Origin: Gnetum montanum
Taxonomy: Eukaryota; Plantae; Gnetophyta
DNA length: 64,000 nucleotides
Direction: 5' to 3'
NCBI GenBank assembly: GCA_015680685.1
Contig: MNCI01001921.1
Location: 200,662-264,661, forward strand
Part shown: piece after piece, positions 12,745 through 24,759 of the stretch
Layout of the letters: each line of letters opens with the position of its first letter
Position numbering within the stretch: position 1 is the first letter of the stretch
Notes under the pieces: model-generated
Seen by the model: the letters and a program-made list of their open reading frames with translations, nothing else
Told to the model about the DNA's origin: nothing
The model's database searches: none
Position numbers and translations under genes: made by a program

Positions 12745-15700
12745 GTTAGTGTATATGCATAAGGATTATGATCCATCCTTGGTGTGGTAGGCCTATATTA
12801 CTCTGGTGGATAAAAGAAGAATAAGTCTAAACTATATTGTTCCCTAGAGACATCAGATGTTAAACATAATATCCATAAGGATCTAGTTGCCTATATGGAT
12901 ATTGTTGCCTTGGTGGTGGAATTGCCTACGTCTATGGTTGCTGCAAGTACTACTGATATTACTCTTGTGGTTGTGGGTAGGCTTCACTTGGGTAATATGT
13001 TAGCTAGAAAGAACATGGTATATTACATTGAGGATAAGGTATTCCTTTGGGTATCTAATTTTTGACAAATATTAGATTAAGTGCACATATCCTATACTCC
13101 TACAAGTGATCCATAACAATGCAACATTCCTTGGGATGTTCATACTGGCACACACTGCATCCTTCCTCTTCCCTAAAATAGAGTCATTATACCCCTCAAC
13201 TATAGCAACTTTACCTTTGTGCTTATACCTTTCTTATCCATAATATCTTTTCTTCTTCTTTTCCTTACCTTTGTTAAGTGCTTGTTTGGTCTTTTCTTCC
13301 ACAATCTTTAGGACCATAGCAAATTTTTCATCCTCTAAATCCCACATTTTCTCTACCTTGCTATATCATTCATTAATTTTTGAATAGGTAGAATCTTTTT
13401 ATGGATAACATCTTCCAATTTTTCCTCCTCTTTCTTTTCACATATCCACACATTATTTTTCCTTGTTGATGAATCTCTTTTATATTCTTCATCTCACTCT
13501 CTTCTTGAGTTCTCCTTCCTCATTTTCTACTTGATCAATTAATCTTTGAACTAAATGGATGGCCATCTCTAATAGTTGTCCTTGGGCATAAACCCTAAGG
13601 ATCTTTTAGGTTTTTTTTTCTCAACCCATCTACTATGTGCCTTAGTTGGTTCCTTTGAGAGAATTCATGACTTGGACATCTATGTAGTAAGGAATAGTAT
13701 CTAGCCATTGCCACATTAAGGGAGTTGAATGCTCCTTGTTTCCATCCTTGGATCTAATTTCTTAAGATTAATACTTGTAAGTTTAAATTTATCATTGAAG
13801 AGTTCTAGCATGGTACTGCACCTTCAGATTGATTCTAATTCTAGAGATCAATACTAGCTTTCTACCTTCTTAATAAGTGTCCAAGAAAATAACTTAAGTT
13901 TTTACAATTCACTCTCTATATTTTGTAGGGAACAAAAATCATGGAATATTTAAAGCTACTATTTTTGATCGACATTGTATCCACCTTCAAATATGGACAT
14001 GTTATTCATGCCTAGCTACTTTAAGTGGTTGTCCTTATGTGCCTAGTTGAAATGTAGACAACTTCCCTTATATTGATCATGTTGCGGGTTGCTAACAGGG
14101 GTTCTTCATGCTCATAGGGTTCATATGATCTATTGTAGTGGTCTTCCCTTTGGTACTCATATCTCTCTCTCTCTTTCTACACATCTAACCCTTTTTCTTT
14201 GTGGTTCATGTTCCTCATCTTCCTCATTAGAATGCCTCAAGCAATAATCATATCAATCATGAGTCCAACATCTTTTCCTATCATGATCTCTGTACCTTTT
14301 CTCCCTTAGATTAGAGTCCATCCATGATTATGAGGATGAAGATGAAGAGTGGGGAATGATGTTAACTAGTTCCCCTTCCATGACTATGATATTCTTCCCT
14401 TTGTGATCCAATAGAAGCTCTTAGCCTCAAGTCTTACTTATACTTAGACTCTATTGCTTCTCTTCTTGGTGTCTCTACTAAGGTTAAAGGTAACTGCCTT
14501 TTAATAGGTTTTTCTACATGGATAATAGATGTTTAAGAATAGATTTCATAATCCTAGTGGAGCTTCTTTGCTACAAATGCATCACTATCAAGTACTTCTA
14601 GGATAATAGGAGAGTTAATCTACTTTCCCTTGATGTGCACTTGTTTGGTCTTCATTGTAGCAGCTCTCTACATTTATGCCTCTATGGGTTGGTAGGGTCT
14701 TATCATGTGTATGGTCACATGGTACCCTTATTGCACATGGCTTAGATTCATTTTCGTTAAAGTTATTTGAAGCATGGTGGATGCTAAACTCTCTAGAGGA
14801 AGAACAATGTTTCCCTATAGATCTCTCCATCTTAACTGTCCATCTTGGTGAAAGATGAATGTAAAATTAGGGTATTAAGGATTAGTGTGAGCATATGAGA
14901 TCCTTGTTTGCATAGGCATACTTCAATCTTCATCATCATTTGTTCTATCATTACTTCTTTTTATCTCTTTGGCAAGTGTTATTTTTTCCTTAGTTGAAGC
15001 CATGTTATGAGTGTGATGCTTACTTAAGTGTGTGTGTTATTAAAGTTAATTTAAGGATATGGATGTTGATGTTAGAGCTCTTAATAAAATGAAATTTACA
15101 AAGTCAATTAATCAACACACATTAACACATCCCTGGAAATAGTGCCAATGATGAGTGATGGAGTATCCCAACACTCTACCATACAAGTCATGAATGTTCA
15201 TCCATGACTAGTTTGTAATCTACAAATGGACAATGTTATTATGTGAGTAATTGAGGTTAAGTTCGCAATTGTTGTCTTCATACTTTAAGTTAGTTAAGAA
15301 TAAAGATATGGTTTAACTCATAGTGAGGCATATGATAATTGATGTTGTAGGGCTCAAATAAAGCCTAGTGATAAACATGATTGAAAATGAAGGTTAAGCC
15401 TAAGTCTAAATAATAGTAAAACAAGAATCTATTCTATCCTAGAGTGATAGGTATCCATTCTTGGTTTATTGGTCACATCTTAGACTCATGTAGTTATCAC
15501 TGGAATTACCAAGTTGAATTACTACTAAGCGAATCAAGCAATGCCACTACTGGGTTACTAGATAACTACTCTTAACACATAAAACCAATCATACCCATTC
15601 CACTTTACTAATAAGCATGTAAAGTGAAATACCTGGAAAAGTAAATTATTAACTACGAAAACAAGGAAATTATTCTAAGTAAACATAAAGAAAACTAAGT

Positions 15701-16040
15701 GACGCTGAAATGATGGAGAATAGCTTTGATCTTTATTACCATCCATAAACTATGTCCAAGTATAATTTGTTTGAATAAAGAATTTGATCAACTACCTAAC
15801 ATCAGACTACAAGCATTCACTCTCTACTACAACTACAAAATAAAACTACAAGAGTTTAGCTAAGGTGTTGAATCAAAAGTTATTGGATTGTGTATTCAAG
15901 TGCTATATTTTTAGGGCTATACACATTCCAAAACATTGTATCAATGATGATGTAGCATGAGTGATGACATTGTATAAATGACATTGTTGATACAATGTTG
16001 TTATATGATGTTGTTACATGATAAAAATTTGACTTTATCA
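12745..16040 (-). mobile_element. Athila element C remnant: 5' LTR (15149-16040), PBS and gag; pol deleted
   Basis: Gag homologous to elements A and B (FEGGY.VD motif ~13990, Zn knuckle ~13120-13160). LTR termini TGATAA...TCATCA on the minus strand. Confidence 0.85.
15130..15147 (-). promoter_or_regulatory. Primer binding site, tRNA-Asp type (decayed)
   Basis: Minus strand reads TGGCACTATTTCCAGGGA immediately after the LTR, versus the Athila consensus TGGCGCCGTTGCCGGGGA. Confidence 0.75.
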
Positions 16041-17185
16041 TCATCAACAAAGGAATGAAGGCAATGAAAAAGCCACCACCACCTAGAACATGAGGCTACA
16101 TCAAGATTTGAAGTCTTGTTATTATTTTTGTTTTGTCATATGTGTCCATCATGTAGTGCATGACAATTTTGTAATCACGACTTAAAACACAATGCAACAT
16201 TCATAATAGATTCAATAATTTATATAAGTTATGATGTTAATGTTTGTAAATGACCCCACAATTTTGTAAGAAACTTTATGATCCTTTTGTTTTAACTTGA
16301 GGATGAGTTTTAAGTCAATTGTGGGGGCATGATAAAACCAGTAGTATCGATTGATGCAATATCATAGCCTTGCTTACATTATCATAGATATGATGTAGTG
16401 GGTATTGGTCTTCACTATAAATATCAAACCACGGTCACATCAAACAAAAAAATTCTCACTAACACTTAGCCAAATTCTTGCATTTTTTTTGTGATTTAGA
16501 CTTAGTAATATAGTGAATGATTGTAGTGTGGTGTTACAAAGATGTACGGAATATTTGTTTGAGTGAACTATTCTTGGGCACACTTCATGACCATAAATAA
16601 AGATTGATATTACTTTCTTCCATTACAACATTCTACTTAGTTCATTTTTACTTAGTTTAATCTTACCTTTTAACATGTTTAATTAAGTGATTTAATATTT
16701 CCAAGTATTTTACTTTCCTATATCTTAGTAAGGTGATATAAGTACTAATTTTTTTAAGTATGTAGTATAATCATTTGGTAACTAGTAGTGAGTTTGCTTG
16801 ATTCACTCAATAGTGATTTCACTTGATAATCCTAGTCAAGGTTATATGAGCCCTTGGCATGTATGGAAAGCGAAGAGTGGATACTTATCACTATAGGCTA
16901 GCATTAGTTGATATTTCTCGTACATGTATACATAGACTTCATTTCAATATTTATTATGTTGTCATTAGAATAATTAAATTCTAATAACATCAATACATCA
17001 TATGCCTTAGTGAGAGTTAACTCATATAGCTTAAACTTCACTAACTCAAAGTGAGAAGACAATGATCATGAACTAAATATTAACTATTATTGAATCTATA
17101 TTGACTATCCATGGATTATGATCAAGTTGCACATGAATATTGATGAATTATATGGTGAAGTGTTGGAATACTCAACCACTCATTA
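16041..17185 (+). mobile_element. Athila family-2 element D remnant: end of extra ORF/3' UTR, PPT (16317-16329) and 3' LTR (16330-17185)
   Basis: 16045-16330 aligns with 11160-11421 (AAGCCACCACCAC...). GTGGGGGCA precedes TGATAAAACC and the LTR ends CACTCATTA. Confidence 0.82.
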
Positions 17186-18799
17186 ATTACCTAATGAGGT
17201 TATGATTTTTGTTCATGTACTAATCTTTTTAGGATTCTACTTAGTAGGATTGGCACCAAGGCTCTAGGTGATGATCCTTTTAGTTCTATTTAGATGAATG
17301 GAATTCCATTACCAAATCTCTACCAAAATTTTCTTTCAATACCTAGTACCAATTTCACAACAATATTAAAACATCAGTTTCTCCTCTAATCATCCTTTCT
17401 CTTTTCTAACACCAAGCATCATTAAAGCATCAACTCTTAGAATGTACCAATTTTGTTTTGAATTCTAATTAATAGTTATTAGCATCATTTGTAGATCTTT
17501 AAAACTATTTTATATTAAAGAAGTTAATGATTTGAATTATTTTTCATCAATCTTCTCTTTTCTTTAGAAGGTTAAGAATTAGTATAGTCAATTCAATTCA
17601 ATTCATTTAAATTTTATTAAATTCATTACATCTAAATCTTGCCAGATGAAGAATAGGTTTGGAAAAATTAAAGAAATCAACATTCATTAAAATTCATGTA
17701 GGAAATCTCAAGATATTAGCAAACTTTAGTTTATCCATGACTTATGAGAAAGTAACCTTGGAAGACAACTTTGATAGAATACTTTTAAGCAATATTGAAT
17801 TGCTATACCTTCTAAATTCTACATTAAAACTTCAAATAATTTATGTTGGATTAATTTATTTATTAAAAAAATTAATAAAATATTCAACTTTAGCATGCAT
17901 TAGATTAAATTCTACATAAAATATTTAATAGATGTTGAAATAATTTACTCATTCAAAAGACATTATCAAAAGATTCAACTTTAGCATGCATTTGAGCAAG
18001 ATGAGGCAAGTAAATATGATATTTTCAAAGTGGATCAATTGTAAGTAAATAGCTAGTATTAGATGCATGGAATGAGGTTTATGCATCCACTATTCAATAA
18101 TTTTAGAATATTTGAAAGTTACACCATTCCCATATTAATAAAATTTTACCATATCATAACATTCATATTGAATATTTTTCTACCAAAATTCTAAATTATG
18201 AAAAAGAATTAGAGAATGAGCTATGTAATTTACTAAGTTCTTTGAATGGACAAATAACATTTCTTCGAGTATCTTTCTTAATCTAGACATAGAAGCAAAA
18301 GTACATCAAGAATTTACATATTTAAATTTTAGTCAAATATCAACAATAGAAGAAAAAACTTAAGAAGATAAAATTTCTTCATGGATTTTCTTTATAAAAT
18401 ATAAACTTGCTATTTTATGGGATGTTTCTTCCATGAAACTAGTTTTTTCCCAATGGATCTAATTTTTCTCTTTTCAATTTTTCTCTAGTATATTTGACTT
18501 CTTTAGAATTTTCCTATGGTAGATTATAAATTACATCTAATTTTTTGAAATGATGCCAAAATTTTTTCTTCTTCTATTAATGCAAAAAATTTTATTAATT
18601 TTGAAAATGCAAAATTATAACCTAATGAGTGAAAATTTGAAATTCCTTTTTCTACTAATGTTGATGTAACTATGATACTTGATTTTGTTTTTCGTTATGA
18701 TGTATATCATTCACTGGTGTCTAATTTTATGTCACAAGATGTATTCGTTCAAATTTTAGGTTGTTTTTTGGCAATTGAAGTTTCTCTTTAATTATATGA

Positions 18800-21000
18800 T
18801 AGGATGCAAAAACATGACATTCAAACCATTTGTGCTAAGTATTCTTCTTCTTTTTTCTGCTTATTAAGCTATGAAATGCTTCAATGGTATTGAGTACCCT
18901 AGATATAGGATCATTTATACATAAGCATGTAGTGTTGATTATTTATAAGTGGACTCTATATTTTGATGTTGAATGTGAAGAATATTCTAAAGTTTCATGT
19001 TTTGTTAAGTTATTCAATCTTTAGCAAATTTTTAGAAAGCTAAGCAAGAGATTGTTAGTCTTCTTGATTCCATTAACCATATGAAATCTATTTTTATACT
19101 ATTTAATATTTGTAGATAATTTTTTATTAAAATCAATCTTCTTAACTATAAAAAAGAATATGGCATTATGAATAGGCAAGAAGACTTATATTTAGCTAGT
19201 CCATATTATAATCTTCCTAATTCTTGTATCTTTTGCTATCATAAAAAACATTTGTTTAATGCTTGCCATTTTTTGCTCAAGAAAGAAAAAGATGTTTTTT
19301 GAAAAGAAAAATTTATTGAAGTTAATGATAGAAACAAATAATGCGAAGTTGAACATATGAAAAATAAAATTACTATCAATGATAAGAATGATTAAATATC
19401 AATAAAAGGTAAAGAAGAGAAATTATTTACTAGAGAAAGGATTTATTAGTCCAAATAGATAGCTTGTAAGGAAAATTTTCCTAATCTAACAAGAATACTA
19501 TCAATTGAAAGATTAAACCTTATATTAAATAGTAGTGTAATGCTAATAACAAATAATTTTGATCTAATGCTAAGTTTGATGGACAATTTTTTTTTTCATT
19601 TTTTATTAGATCTTCCTCTCCTACAAAATTTGGTATTTCACCATCTATTACTACCTAGAATTCTTTAGTTATTTTAACTTCAAGCATATATGTTGAAAGT
19701 GATGCAATTGTTATTAAGACTAGGATCATTGTCCTTAATAATAGATATTTTTCTTCTTTTGATTTTTTAAATCATCATTTCAATTCTAAGTTTACACACT
19801 TGAGTAGACATTCCTAAAATTAGAAACATTTTTAGTATTTTTTTTCTATTTGCTAATAAGTGTTAAATATCATAATGTACTATGAATTAAATGATTATAT
19901 TAATATTATTTTTGAAATTTAAATTTAGTGTTTAAGAGTTACATCATTTCGTTATCATCTATAATTTCATCATTTGCTTTATAGATTTTACAAAATCTTA
20001 TGATTTTATGGGTTGGAAAAAGTTTATGGCTAAGACCAAATAAAATAGACCCTCTTGTAAAACTCATAGAAATGACTCAAAAGATATATGAAGAAGTTAT
20101 CATTGAGCTTAAAGATGGTGAATGAAAAAAAAATTAAAAATTTTTAAATAAAGTTGAGGTAAAGTAAGATTGTTCTTTATCTCCAACTCTCTCTTGTCTC
20201 TTAATTGATAAGTTGCATAATTGGATTTATAATCAATAACCTAATCATGTTAGAAAAACATATTCTTAGATAGTGAACCTACTTCTTTATGGAGACATAA
20301 TGCTTTAATATCTACTTTTGATAAATGTATGTCTAATATGCTAATAATTTTAGAATAATTTTGCATTTCTTCTAGTTTGCAAGTTAATATAGAGAAAACT
20401 AAAATAATAATATGGAACACAAGAAACACATATTATAATTTTAAATTTGGTGATCAAATGCAAAATTTTTGAACTCTTTTAGATACTTGGGTCACCAGTA
20501 AATGAATAACTATACATGGAATAAATGCATTATGGAAAAAATCTAAAGAGGAATAAAAGTTATCTATACAATTAAAAGAAAATGTAAGACATCAGAATTT
20601 TGGGCTTAAAAGGTTATAAAAAAATCTTTTAAATAATCATTTATCTTATTATGTTATATGAATGCATAGTTTGAGACTGGCTCTTAGTGTGGAAAAATTG
20701 GAAGGCCATTGAAAGAGTACAAAATATATTTTTAGTTGATGAATTAAAGGTAAAAGTTTAAAAACCCTATTCCATAATTTTGTTAAAATGTAATCTACCT
20801 TATTTAGAAGTAGAAGCTATTTAATAATATATTACTTATACTTAAAAACTAGAAAAAACAAAACATATCAAGTTTTCTAAAATAGTTTCTAAAGACACAA
20901 AAATGTAAGATAGTAATTTCCAAGGATATAATGGTTAAACACTTGACATGTCTCATTAGAAAAGATACAAAGTAATCTAAAGCACATTCATAAGTTACTT
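18800..21000 (+). mobile_element. Very old LINE (RTEX/L2-like): ORF1 remnant with CCHC knuckle and RT remnant
   Basis: CIFCYHKKHLFNAC at 19225-19266; CFIDFTKSYD ~19975; VK*DCSLSPTL...IDKL ~20160-20215; LQVNIEKTK ~20380; FRYLG ~20480. Confidence 0.65.
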
Positions 21001-21179
21001 TAGTAGTGGGTTCAAATAAAGTTATTCTTAAATGTAGAAGGTAAGAAATTTTTTTATTAAATTCACTATCTATAACATATATTCACAATTAGATATCATA
21101 TTTTTATTAGCAAATTTCAATTATGTTCAATGATCTTAGTTTAGAAAGTGAAAGATAGATGCACATAATCTTAGTACAG

Positions 21180-21335
21180 AAGGTCGGGGGTGTTGAAACC
21201 TAAAATAAATGAAACATAGATACACTCCCAAGATATATAGTCTAATTAAAACTTTATATAACTCAACATTACCCACAAGAATTGAATCCATGACCTAAAA
21301 CTTCCAAATCTTGTGTCTTACCATTAGGCTAACAC
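21180..21335 (-). mobile_element. tRNA-derived SINE, copy 1
   Basis: Minus strand has GTGTTAGCCTAATGG (A box) and TAGGTCATGGATTCAATTC (decayed B box); aligns along its length with 47133-47275. Confidence 0.75.
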
Positions 21336-21949
21336 AGTATTATTAAATGAAAATTCTTATTAAAGAGCACACATAGAGGCTATGTGGTTCAAGAGATTTT
21401 AGGAATCAATAACATATTTTTCTTTGTTTCCCTTAGATTGAATATTTAAGAAAAAATACATTATTGTAGAAAACTATATATATGATATTTTTTTGTTACT
21501 TTGAGTGCGAACCCCTTTATTGAGTTTACATGTAATATTTTTTTAATAAATCCTTTGGATCTAAGAGAAATAATAAATCCTCAATTTTATTTTCATGAAT
21601 TTTTACAAAGGATTCTTAATTACTTGTTTATCATAAAAACACATGAGATTTAAAATTGATTCTTTATTAATTATCATTTGTTAAAAAATAAAAATACAAT
21701 AAGCTCAAAAGGAAGATTAAAAGGGGAGGCCTTACATCAAGGGGTGTAGGGGACTAGTCAAAATACTATTATGTAGATATTAATACTTAATGGCTCACAT
21801 CTACCATGTGCTAAGTCCATTTGCTTTTTAAGAATACAAGAAAAGTTGGACTAAATTTTCATTTGGATTTCCAATATTGATTTAAAGCATTCTCTGATTG
21901 ATGTCCTTGAAATAAAGAAAATGCTCTATTTAAGTTATGTTATAACTAA

Positions 21950-22707
21950 ATCGCACAGATGCTACTAGTGCCAAGCAAAAGCATTCATGTTGGCCAGCCA
22001 ACAACACCAAGTTATTAAAAGCTAAATTAATGATTTAGAGTATAAGTTTTATTTTGGAGGTACCAATATGTAAATAGTAGCTTCTTTTAAATATTTGGGT
22101 CTCACTTATACGAACAATTACATGTGGGGGAAGTACATCAAAGAAAAAATAGTAGAAAGTTTTAAGGCTATGTATGCATTCAAAAACAAGTATAAGGATT
22201 TAGGCCTTTGGGCTTGGAAAGCGAGAAAACAAAAATTTCAAACTATCATCTATTCTTAGGGACTTGGGCTCAGTGCTAAACTTTGGAAAGATGTTGAAAA
22301 AGTGTAAAAAAAATTTCTTCTTGTTAAAGGTGAAGATGCAAATACCTTACTTAATGTCATTATGTAAATGTGATTTATTACCTCATACCAATTTATTACA
22401 TACACTCATAGCTGGCATATCTCAAGGCAAGATAAATTTTCTAAAATAGTTCTTGAGAATTCTAAAGAGTTACATGTGTTTCTTTCTTATGCTATGACTA
22501 CCTATTTGGGATAGCCTTATATTGTTACACAACATGATTTATTTTTTATGCCCTGATTGGTGCTTGGTTAATTTGCAAAGTCTATCTTTATTTTTCATGA
22601 AAATATAATATCTTTCCAATAAATCATATAGATCTTATGATATAATAAACCTTCATTTCATTCCATATAAGATCTTCAAATATAATAAAACTTCATTTCA
22701 TTTCATT
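21950..22707 (+). mobile_element. Second RTEX/L2-like LINE remnant with 3' tail
   Basis: SFKYLGLTYTNNYMW at ~22080-22130, similar to 20470-20520. Ends in a duplicated AATAAA-(TTCAT)n tail at 22625-22707. Confidence 0.55.
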
Positions 22708-22882
22708 AAAGTGAATTCCCAAATGCAAAGCTCTATGTAAAAATAATTGCAAACCAAGGATTAGTGATACAATACAATAGTAGCAAAGCAAAGTGTAATA
22801 CATACCTTAAGTGCTAAATTTGATCTAGCAAGCTAAGGAACTAGGTATGTCATTATTTAACACAAACATCATATAATACACA

Positions 22883-22948
22883 CCAGGTGCAGGTAGTCCG
22901 CATCTTCACAGACATGTCTATTTCACCGAGTCTCTCTCCGAGATAGCG
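22883..22948 (-). pseudogene. rrn23: Plastid 23S rRNA fragment (NUPT)
   Basis: Reverse complement is CGCTATCTCGGAGAGAGACTCGGTGAAATAGACATGTCTGTGAAGATGCGGACTACCTGCACCTGG, which I recognise as chloroplast 23S rRNA. It ends at the N at 22949. Confidence 0.88.
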
Positions 22949-23359
22949 NTGAAATTCACCTCAAAACATGCTTGTACTAGAAATGCAAGTTTGAATCATT
23001 AACTAGGACCTTCCCATTAAGTAGCACATTGGTTGTGTAGTGATCCATGTAGGGCACAAAGCTCATAGCTAAAATGCTAAAGCCCTTTACTATGGTAGTA
23101 GAGATGTCGTGTCAACATGGGCTCCATGGTCATATCCTAGTTGGCCACCCTATGTGAGGTGTCATTGATTATTACTTCACTTGTGGGAAGTAGTAACATG
23201 TCCAACATCATGCATGGACTGAGTATGTCTTCTAGCATGTCTTCCATGGATCATGTTGCTACAAGATTGTCTATGATAACATGTTGTTAAGTATTTTGAG
23301 GTTGATTTTAGGTTTGGCTATGCATGTTAAGTTCCATTTTGGCAAAGATCGGATTTCCA

Positions 23360-23970
23360 TCGTAGTTCAGTTTCGACACCTAGTTTCATTTTTCATCTTA
23401 GAATATCATTTATACTTTTAACGTGAAACATTGTTTCTATTTTTAATGCATGTTATTTATACTTTTAGCATGCACCATTTATAATTTCAACACATGACCT
23501 TGGTACCACCTTCCTTTTGGAACATAATTTTTAATTTTAACATGAAACATCGTTTCCATTTTCAACTCACAATGTTGTTATACTATTGTTACCACTTTCA
23601 ATGTGGAATGTCATTTCTACTTTTATCATGGTACATTGCTTCTACTTTTAATGCATGATGGGGTTACCACTTTTAATGTAGAATTTCATTTCCACTTTTA
23701 TCATGATGACATTTTTACTTTTAATGTGCAACATTGTTTTTATGTTTTCACTTTTTACATAAAGCTTTGTTTCCACTTTTAATGTTGAACATCATTTCCA
23801 CTGTTAATGTACAATGTTGTTTCCATATTTCCAATGTCATTTGCACTTTTAATGTGTAACATCATTTCTATGTTTTCACTTTTGATGTGCAATGTTGTTC
23901 CATAATTTTACTTTTAATGTGCAACAAAATTTTCACTTGCATGTGGTTTCCATTTTTAACATTTAAATCA
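23360..23970 (+). repeat. Degenerate tandem array in copia LTR U3 (~24-bp unit, TTTCCACTTTTAATGTGCAACATTG-like)
   Basis: Many imperfect copies of TTTC(C/T)ACTTTTAA(T/C)(G/A)TG; a homologous array lies at 30540-30960. Confidence 0.8.
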
Positions 23971-24309
23971 CATAAAAAATAAGAAGAAAAATGTTTTTGT
24001 GTAAAAAAAAATGGAATTGTAGATTTCTTCCTTTGCCCAACTTTCAATGCTTATTGAATGTAGTAATAAATGTTCACAATCTTCACCAACATTCTTTAAA
24101 TAGATTATTAATGGTTGCAACTTCCTCTTTGTCATGCTGCTCTAACTCTAATACGTGTATAATAGCTAAGAAATTGGCTTTAAAAATTTGGCTATAAATT
24201 GTAACTTGAAGGTTTAGCTCAGTGTTCTAGTTATGAATTTGTATGTGCATGAACTAGAATTTCTTCCTTTTCTCTCCTAAAAACTCTATAATTCTTGAGC
24301 CTTAGTGTT

Positions 24310-24316
24310 TATAAAA
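24310..24316 (+). promoter_or_regulatory. Putative LTR TATA box
   Basis: TATAAAA downstream of the U3 array; the homologous site at ~31321 reads TAGAAAA. Confidence 0.45.
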
Positions 24317-24690
24317 GGCAAAGTATTTCTCTCTATGTTGAGACAGTGATATTCCAAAGTGTTTCTCATTGCATTGTGAAGTGACGTGAGCCACACTATT
24401 GTGGTCATTCATGATTATAAGAGAAGTTTTTTTTTTTGGCTAATAAAATTACTCTACCCCATAGGAACTAGGGAGACTTTTGTGGTGGATTTAGGCTAAC
24501 CAATCTAGTAGTTGAACCACCTTAAAAATCTTTATTTTTTATCTCTATTCTGCATTACTATTTTTTTTAAAAAAATTTATCTTAGTGTTCTCTATTAATA
24601 TTTCTACCAGTCTCTAATTTGCAAAATTTTTGTAAGGTCTTAAATTACCTGCTCTCTCACTATCTTCTATGTAATCTTAGAAATAATAAT

Positions 24691-24702
24691 TGGTATCAGA
24701 GC
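24691..24702 (+). promoter_or_regulatory. Primer binding site, tRNA-iMet
   Basis: Exact TGGTATCAGAGC upstream of gag. Confidence 0.93.
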
Positions 24703-24759
24703 TAGGTCAACACCTCTAGACTTAATAGTCTATATTTTGTCCTTTCTTATTTCTAGGAC

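Noticed and set aside
23360-23970. CRISPR-like appearance of the repeat array
   Set aside because: Units are degenerate with no unique fixed-length spacers, there are no cas genes, and the array sits in a eukaryotic LTR.
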